Shown here piece by piece: positions 56,222 to 64,000 of a stretch of DNA of 64,000 bases (positions within the stretch are counted from its first letter, which is position 1; every line of letters starts with the position of its first letter). This stretch comes from Pristiophorus japonicus (taxonomy: Eukaryota). The notes beneath the pieces are model-generated. The model was not told the origin of the DNA and searched no databases. It worked only from the letters and a program-made list of their open reading frames with translations. The DNA lies in NCBI RefSeq assembly GCF_044704955.1, contig NC_091998.1, forward strand, positions 61,628,001 to 61,692,000, read 5' to 3'. The position numbers were made by a program, and so were the translations under genes.

Positions 56222-59200
56222 TCTCTGCCTTTTCAAAACGTCAAGTACCCTGGAATATTTAGCTCCCACTGTTGGTCACTGTGCAACCACGTTTCTGTAA
56301 TGGTTATTAGATCAAACCCATTTATCTCTATTTGTGCCATTAATTTGTTCATCTTGTTACGAATGTTTTGTGCATTCAGATAAAGCGCTTTTAATTTTAA
56401 TTTTTTTACCATTTTTTCCTGATGTGCCATTCACTGATGCACTATTGCCATTAAACTCTCTCTCCCTTCCTGTCACACTCTGCTTATTTTTACCCTAATC
56501 GCGACACTGTTCTATTACCTTGACTTTTCTCTTTAGATTTCTATGTTTGCCCTCACCTGAACCCACCTGCCACCCCATATTTTTGGTATAAAGCCCTATC
56601 TACTGCCCTAGTTATTCAATTCACCACGACACTCGTTCCAGCCCAGTGGTGCCCGTCCCAATGGAACATAACATAATAGGAACAAGAGAAGGCCTTTTGG
56701 CCCCTTGAGCCTGCTCCGCCATTCAATAAGATCATGGCTGATCTGATCATGGACTCAGCTCCACTTCCCTGCCCGCTTCCCATAACCCTTTACTCCCTTT
56801 TCATATAAGAATATAAGAACAGAAGAATTAGGAACAGGAGAAGGCCATCGAGCCCCTCGAGCCTGCTCCGCCACTCAACAAGATCATGGCTGATCTGGCC
56901 GTGGACTCAGCTCCACTTACCCACTCGCTCCCCGTAGCCCTTAATTCCCTTATTGGTTAAAAATCTATCTATCTGTGATTTGAATACATTCAATGAGCTA
57001 GCCTCAACTGCTTCCTTGGGCAGAGAATTCCACAGATTCACAACCCTCTGGGAGAAGAAATTCCTTCTCAACTCGGTTTTAAATTAGCTCCCCCGTATTT
57101 TGAGGCTGTGCCCCCTAGATCTAGTCTCCCCTACCAGTGGAAACAACCTCTCTGCCTCTATCTTGTCTATATCCCTTTCATTATTTTAAATGTTTCTATA
57201 AGATCACCCCTCATCCTTCTGAACTCCGAGTAAAGACCCAGTCTACTCAATCTATCATCATAAGGTAACCCCCTCATCTGCGGAATCAGCCGAGTGAATC
57301 GTCTCTGTACCCCCTCCAAAGCTAGTATATCCTTAAGTAAGGTGACCAAAACTGCACGCAGTACTCCAGGTGCGGCCTCACCAATACCCTGTACAGTTGC
57401 AGCAGGATCTCCCTGCTTTTGTACTCCATCCCTCTCGCAATGAAGGCCAACATTCCATTCGCCTTCCTGATTACCTGCAAACTAACTTTTTGGGGTTCAT
57501 GCACAAGGACCCCCAGGTCCCTCTGCACTGCAGCATGTTGTAATTTCTCCCCATTCAAATAATATTCCCTTTTACTGTTTTTTTTCCAAGGTGGATGACC
57601 TCACACTTTCCGACATTGTATTCCATCTGCCAAACCTTAGCCCATTCGCTTAACCTATCTAAATCTCTTTGCAGCCTCTCTGTGTCCTCTACACAACCCG
57701 CTTTCCCACTAATCTTTGTGTCATCTGCAGATTTTGTTACACTACTCTGTCCCCTCTTCCAGGTCATCTATGTATATTGTAAACAGTTGTGGTCCCAGCA
57801 CCGATCCCTGTGGCACACCACTAACCACCGATTTCCAACCCGAAAAGGACCCATTTATCCCGACTCTCTGCTTTCTGTTAGCCAGCCAATTCTCTATCCA
57901 TGCTAATACATTTCCTCTGACTCCGCGTACCTTTATCTTCTGCAGTAACCTTTTGTGTGGCACCTTATCGAATGCCTTTTGGAAATCTAAATACACCACA
58001 TCCATCGGTACACCTCTATCCACCATGCTCGTTATATCCTCAAAGAATTCCAGTAAATTAGTTAAACATGATTTCCCTTTCATGAATCCATGTTGCGTCT
58101 GCTTGATTGCACTATTCCTATCTAGATGTCCCGCTATTTCTTCCTTAATAATAGTTTCAAGCATTTTCCCCACTACAGATGTTAAACTAACCAGCCTATA
58201 GTTACCTGCCTTTTGTCTGCCCCCTTTTTTAAACAGAGGTGTTACATTAGCTGCTTTCCAATCCGCTGGTACCTCCCCAGAGTCCAGAGAATTTTGGTAG
58301 ATTATAACGAATGCATCTGCTATAACTTCCGCCATCTCTTTTAATACCCTGGGATGCATTTCATCAGGACCAGTGGACTTGTCTACCTTGAGTCCCATTA
58401 GCCTGTCCAGCACTACCCCCCCTAGTGATAGTGATTGTCTCAAGGTCCTCCCTTCCCACATTCCCGTGACCAGCAATTTTTGGCATGGTTTTTGTGTCTT
58501 CCACTGTGAAGACCGAAGCAAAATAATTGTTTAAGGTCTCAGCCATTTCCACATTTCCCATTATTAAATCCCCCTTCTCATCTAAGGGACCAACATTTAC
58601 TTTAGTCACTCTTTTCCGTTTTATATATCTGTAAAAGCTTTTACTATCTGTTTTTATGTTTTGCGCAAGTTTACTTTCGTAATCTATCTTTCCTTTCTTT
58701 ATTGCTTTCTTAGTCATTCTTTGCTGTCATTTAAAATTTTCCCAATCTTCTAGTTTCCCACTAACCTTGGCCACCTTATACGCATTGATCTTTAATTTGA
58801 TATTCTCCTTTATTTCCTTGGTTATCCATGGCTAGTTATCCCTTCTCTTACCGCCCTTCTTTTTCACTGGAATATATTTTTATTGAGCACTATGAAAGAG
58901 CTCCTTAAAAGTCCTCCACTGTTCTTCAATTGTGCCACCGTTTAGTCTGTGTTTCCAGTCTACTTTAGCTAACTCTGCCCTCGTCCCACTGTAGTCCCCT
59001 TTGTTTAAGCATAGTACGCTCGTTTGAGACACTACTTCCTCACCCTCAATCTGTATTACAAATTCAACCATACTGTGATCACTCATTCCGAGAGGATCTT
59101 TTACTTGGAGATCGTTTATTATTCCTGTCTCATTACACAGGGCCAGATCTAAGATAGCTTGCTCCCTTGTAGGTTCTGTAACATACTGTTCTAAGAAACA

Positions 59201-61090
59201 ATCCCGTATTCATTCTATGAATTCCTCCTCAAGGCTATCCCGTGCGATTTGATTTGACCAATCGATATATAGGTTAAAATCCCCCATGATTACTGCTGTT
59301 CCTTTTTCACATGCCTCCATTATTCCTTTGATTATTGTCTGCCCCAACCGTGAAGTTATTATTTGGGGGCGTATGAACTACGCCCACCAGTGACTTTTTC
59401 CCCTTACTATCTCTAATCTCCACCCACAATGATTCAACATTTTATTCATTAGAGCCAATATCGTCTCTCAGAACTGCCCTGATATCTTCCTTTATTAACA
59501 GAGCTACCCCACCTCCTTTCCCTTCTTGTCTATCTTTCCGAATTGTCAGATACCCCTGTATGTTTAATTCCCAGTCTTGGCCACCCTGCAACCACCTTTC
59601 TGTAATGGCCACCAAATCATACCCATTTGTAATGATTTGTGCCGTCAACTCAGTTACTTTATTTCGAATGCTGCATGCGTTTAGGTAGAGTGTTTTAATA
59701 CTAGTTTTTAAACCATGATTTTTTGTTTTGACACCTCCTGCAGCCCCTTTTATATTCATACATATTGTCCCTTCCTATCATCTTGTGGTTTACACTTACC
59801 CCAGTGCTACTCTGCTCTGTTGCCTCCTGCCTTTTGCATTCGTTCTTGAGATCCTGTTCATCTGAGCCCTCATCCATTCTAACTAGCTCAGAGCCCTCTC
59901 CTATGTTCCGAATACTCCTTGCATTGAGGCACCGAGCTTTCATGCTTGCCTTTTTATTACACTTTGACCCTTTAGAATCTGTCTAACCCAGCCGTACTGA
60001 GTTGAATGATCAGCCCTGATCTTATTGAATGGCGGTGCAGGCTCGAAGGGCTGAATGGCCTGCTCCTGCACCTAATTTCTATGTTTCTATGTAAATATAT
60101 TCAATGATCTAGCCTCCACACCTCTCTGGAGCAGAGAATTCCATAGATTTACAACCCTCAGAAGAAATTTCTCCTCATCTCTGTTTTAAATGGGCGGCCC
60201 CTTATTCTAAGACTATATCCTCTAGTTTTAGTTTCCCCTGTGAGTGGAAATATCCTCTCTGCATCCACCTTAAGGAACAGATCCCTCTTTCATAGTACTG
60301 GTGCCTGTGCCCCATGAATCAAAATCCTTCCTTCCACACCACTCTTTGAGCCACACATTCAACTCTCTGATCTGCTTGACCCTATCTCATTTTGTCCATT
60401 GCTCAGGTTGTAACCCAAAGATTTGAGATTCTGCTTATTAATTTGGACCGTTGTTCCTCAAACCCCCTCAGGAAAACATCATTCCTAGTTCCACCTGTCA
60501 TTGGTTCCTACATGGACCACGACAACTGGATTCTGTCCCTCCGACTCAAAGTTCTTCTCTGGCTGCGAGGAGATGTTCTTAACCCTGGCAACCGGGCAGG
60601 CAGCACAACATTTGGAACTCCCAGTCACGGCTGCAGAGAACAGTATCTATCCCCATGACTATACTGTCCCCTACCACTGCTGCATTCCTTTTAACTCTCC
60701 CACTTGACTGTCCTCCTGTACCACAGTGTCACGGTCAGTTCACTCATTGAGCGATAAGGGAGTAAAGGATTATGGGGAGCGGGCAGGGAAGTGGAGCTGA
60801 GTCCATGATTATCTTATTGAATGACGGAGCAGGCTCGAGGGGCCAAATGGCCTACTCCTGTTCCTATTATGTTCTTATGTTCGACCTTGCAGATTCTGCC
60901 CTCATCCACACAGGCAGCAAGAACCTCATACCTGTTGGATAAGGGCAATGGCCGATGCTCCTCCAGTACTGCACATGGGGTCCCCTTACCTGCCTGACTT
61001 GCAGTCACACCCTCCTGTCCCTGGCAACTAACCAGACTAGAACATTTCCTAATCTAAGCGGCGTGACTGCCTCCTGGATCAAAGTGTCCA
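56222..61090 (-). mobile_element. Nested CR1 complex, including a degraded ORF2-length copy at ~56805-59980
   Basis: ORFs 59442..59759, 57742..58521 and 57322..57558 encode APE/RT; flanking host CR1 ORF1/APE remnants at 56222-56665 and 60270-61090. Confidence 0.88.
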
Positions 61091-61419
61091 GCGTAATGTG
61101 TGAATGGTCAGGAGCAACTTCATAGAGCTGTTCTTAACTGTTCTTAAATCCTTTGAAAAATAGGCTTTATCAACTATAGCTAATAAGTATCTCTGTCTAT
61201 GTTTATTACCCTAGCCACATAAGTTGCACTTTAATCACTCATGACTTTGACATCATGATGCATCACCAACACTTATTTCCTCACACAAGCGCTTTTTGCA
61301 TCAGAAGACCAGCTATGCGTTCCTTTCACAACACTTCAGACTTGTCATATTTATAGTGGAAAACCTGTTGCTCCAAGATACAAAGAAGTTTGAGTGTTAA
61401 ACTTTTAACTCTCCACGCT

Positions 61420-62705
61420 GTCCAACAGATTGCAACAGACTTCAGGAGGACATAGACAGACTGGTGAAATGGGCAGCAAGAATGAGGAGGCAATATGATT
61501 ATATGGTACAATGTTTAAGGGGGTGCAGGAATACAGAGGATGTATGCAAACATCTTTGAAGGTGGCAGGATAAGTTGAGAAGGTTGTTGAAAAGGCAAAT
61601 GGGATCCTTGGCTTCATTAATAGAGCGATAGACTACAAAAGCAAGGACATTTTGCTAACCCTTTATAAAACACTGGTTAGGCCTGAACTGGAGTATTGTG
61701 TCCCACCTGTGACAGGGTCTGTGGCTCTAGTATTGGACTGTTCAGCCACCAGAGAACTCACTTTGGGAGTGGAAGCAAGTCTTCCACGATTCTGAGGGAC
61801 TGCCGATGATGATAATGATGATGATGATCAATTCTGGGCGGCACATGTTAGGAAGGATGTCAAGGCCTTGGAGAGGGTGCAGAGCAGATTTACTAGAATG
61901 GTACCAGGGCTGAGGGACTTCAGTTATGCGGAGAAACTGGGGTTCTCCTTAGAGCAGAGAAGGTTAAGGAGAGATTTGATTCTAAATCATGGAAGGGTTT
62001 TGGATTTTGGAGTAAATAAGGAGAACCTGTTTCCTGGGGCAGGAGGGTCGATAACCAGAGGACACACATTTAACGTGATTGGCAAAAAGAACCAGAGGCA
62101 ACATGAGGATTTATTTTTACGCAGCGAGTTGTTGTGATCGGGAACGCGCTGCCTGAAAGGGTGGCGGGAGCAGATTCAATCGTAACTTTCAAAAGGGGAT
62201 TGGATATATACTCGAAGGGAATACATTGGCAGGGGACAGAGCAGGAGAATGGGGCAAGGAATGGCTCCTTCACAGAGCCGGCACAGGCTGGAGCGGGTAA
62301 GTGGAGCTGAGTCCACGGCCAGATCAGCCGTGATCTTGTTGGGTGGCGGAGCAGGCTCGAGGGGCTAGATGGCCTACTCCTGTTCCTAATTCTTATGTTC
62401 TTATAAATGTTGGGGAAGTCCAGAACCAGGGGTCACAGTCTAAGGATAAGGGGTAAGCCATTTAGGACCGAGATGAGGAGAAACTTCTTCACCCAGAGAG
62501 TGGTGAACCTGTGGAATTCTCTACCACAGAAAGTTGTTGAGGCCAATTCACTAAATATAATCAAAAAGGAGTTAGATGTAGTCCTTACTACTCGGGGGAT
62601 CAAGGGGTATGGCGAGAAAGCAGGAATGGGGTACTGAAGTGAATGGCGGTGCAGGCTCGAAGGGCCGAATGGCCCACTCCTGCACCTATTTTCTATGTTT
62701 CTATG
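61420..62705 (+). mobile_element. CR1 3' fragments (old 61420-62405; young-family 3' end 62405-62705)
   Basis: RT C-terminal peptides; 62407..62637 matches the young family C-terminus. Confidence 0.85.
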
Positions 62706-62879
62706 GAGAGGCTGAATGGATCATTCTCTGACTGCAGCCGGGGAGCGGCCTGTGGGGCAGGGAGCGGCTGCACACCGCCTAGCTTTGAGATTTATGAATG
62801 ATTACATTAGAGTTCCACATTTGATGCAGGAAGAATAAATACATCTTTAAAGAAGGCAAAGGCTGGAGCAGCAGTCGAA

Positions 62880-63117
62880 TGTAGTTCGAGCGCTGTGATT
62901 GGTCGGTGACGGGGCTCGCGGTTCGAGCGCTGTGATTGGTCGGCGGACGGGACTCGCGGCCCGAGCGCTGTGATTGGTCGGTGACGGGGCTCGCGGTTCG
63001 AGCGCTGTGATTGGTCGGCGGACGGGACTCGCGGCCCGAGCGCTGTGATTGGGCGGAGCTTTCCGCTGCGGCGGCGCGGGCTTGCGGCCTAGTCGCGGAT
63101 TCCTCCTCCCGCCTCCG
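62880..63117 (+). promoter_or_regulatory. CpG-island promoter and probable non-coding first exon of an unidentified downstream gene
   Basis: Five GATTGG (reverse CCAAT) boxes at 62898, 62935, 62973, 63010, 63048; GGGCGG box ~63051; CCG|gtaaga donor at 63117/63118 and a second gtgagt at 63144. Confidence 0.65.
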
Positions 63118-63229
63118 GTAAGAGTGAGAGGGCCCGCGGGTGGGTGAGTGAGTGCGGCCCCCCAGCTCTCCGCCCCTCAGGGCACCGACTCCGGCCGGGG
63201 GTCGGGGAACAGAGAGCCCGGGCGGTGCC

Positions 63230-63730
63230 GGCGCCGGCCCTCTGTCCCTCTCTGGGCCCCCCTGTCCCTCCCCGGGCCCCCCTGTCCCTCCCCGGGCCCC
63301 CTGTCCCCCCCCCCCCGGCTTCGGGCCCCCGGCCCCCTGTCCCTCCCCGGGCCCCCGGCCCCCTGTCCCTCCCCGGGCTCCGGGCTCCCTGTCCCTCCCC
63401 GGGCCCCCTGTCCCTCCCCGGGCCCCTCGGCTCCGAGCTCCCGGCCCTCTGTCCCTCCCCGGACCCTCGGCCCCCCGGCTCCGGGCTCCCGGCCCCCTCT
63501 CCCTCCCCGGGCCCCCTGTCCCTCCCCGGCCCCCTCGGCTCCGGGCTCCCGGCCCTCTGTCCCTCCCCGGACCCTCGGCTCCGGGCTCCCGGCCCCCTCT
63601 CCCTCCCTGGGCCCCCGGCCCCCTGTCCCTCCCCGGGCTCCCGGCCCCCTCTCCCTCCCCGGGCCCCCGGCCCCCTCTCCCTCCCCGGGCCCCCTGTCCC
63701 TACCCGGGCTCCCGGCCCTCTGTCCCCAGG
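63230..63730 (+). repeat. GC-rich degenerate tandem repeat (CCCCCTGTCCCTCCCCGGGC)
   Basis: Direct inspection. Confidence 0.9.
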
Positions 63731-64000
63731 GTCAGGCCCAGACTGTGTTGCTTCAGTATTTTTTGGGAGAGGAAATGATCAAAGAGGCTGCTGGAATGCT
63801 GGCCTTTATAACTGGAGACCTGGAATGTAAAGGGGTAGAAGTTATGCTGCAGCTGCACAAAGCCCTGGGTAGTCCACACCTGGAGCACCGTGAGCAGTCC
63901 TGGGCACCGCACCCTGGGGAGGAGATGGTGACCATTGTGTGCAGCGCAGGGTCACCACAATCTCCCCGGACTCCAAGGGTTACATTATGAGGAGGGATTA

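Overview
Eukaryotic, vertebrate genomic DNA. The repeat content (DeuSINE/SacSINE1-like SINEs, abundant CR1 LINEs, L2, RTE, Tx1) points to a cartilaginous fish, most likely a shark; this is inference. Three protein-coding genes were reconstructed exon by exon from splice sites and reading phase. (1) The 3' part of FHIP2B/FAM160B2 (+, 9 exons, 82-20643). (2) BRF2, the TFIIB-like Pol III type-3 promoter factor (-, 4 coding exons, 26380-35581, plus a likely 5'UTR exon near 38030); its last exon has an apparent frameshift inside a Gly/Glu repeat. (3) DUSP11/PIR1 RNA 5'-triphosphatase (+, 9 exons, 38459-52471), with a C-terminal 9-aa repeat. BRF2 and DUSP11 are head-to-head on a ~0.4 kb shared promoter that carries six phased YY1-like motifs and is walled in by two ~2.2 kb tandem arrays. 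A CCAAT-array promoter and first exon of an unidentified fourth gene lie near 62.9-63.1 kb. Introns hold nested retroelements and many minisatellites that start or end at splice sites, including a 35-bp array that reiterates the real donor site about 35 times. Most long ORFs in the supplied track are tandem-repeat or LINE artefacts. There is one assembly gap (28324-28542).
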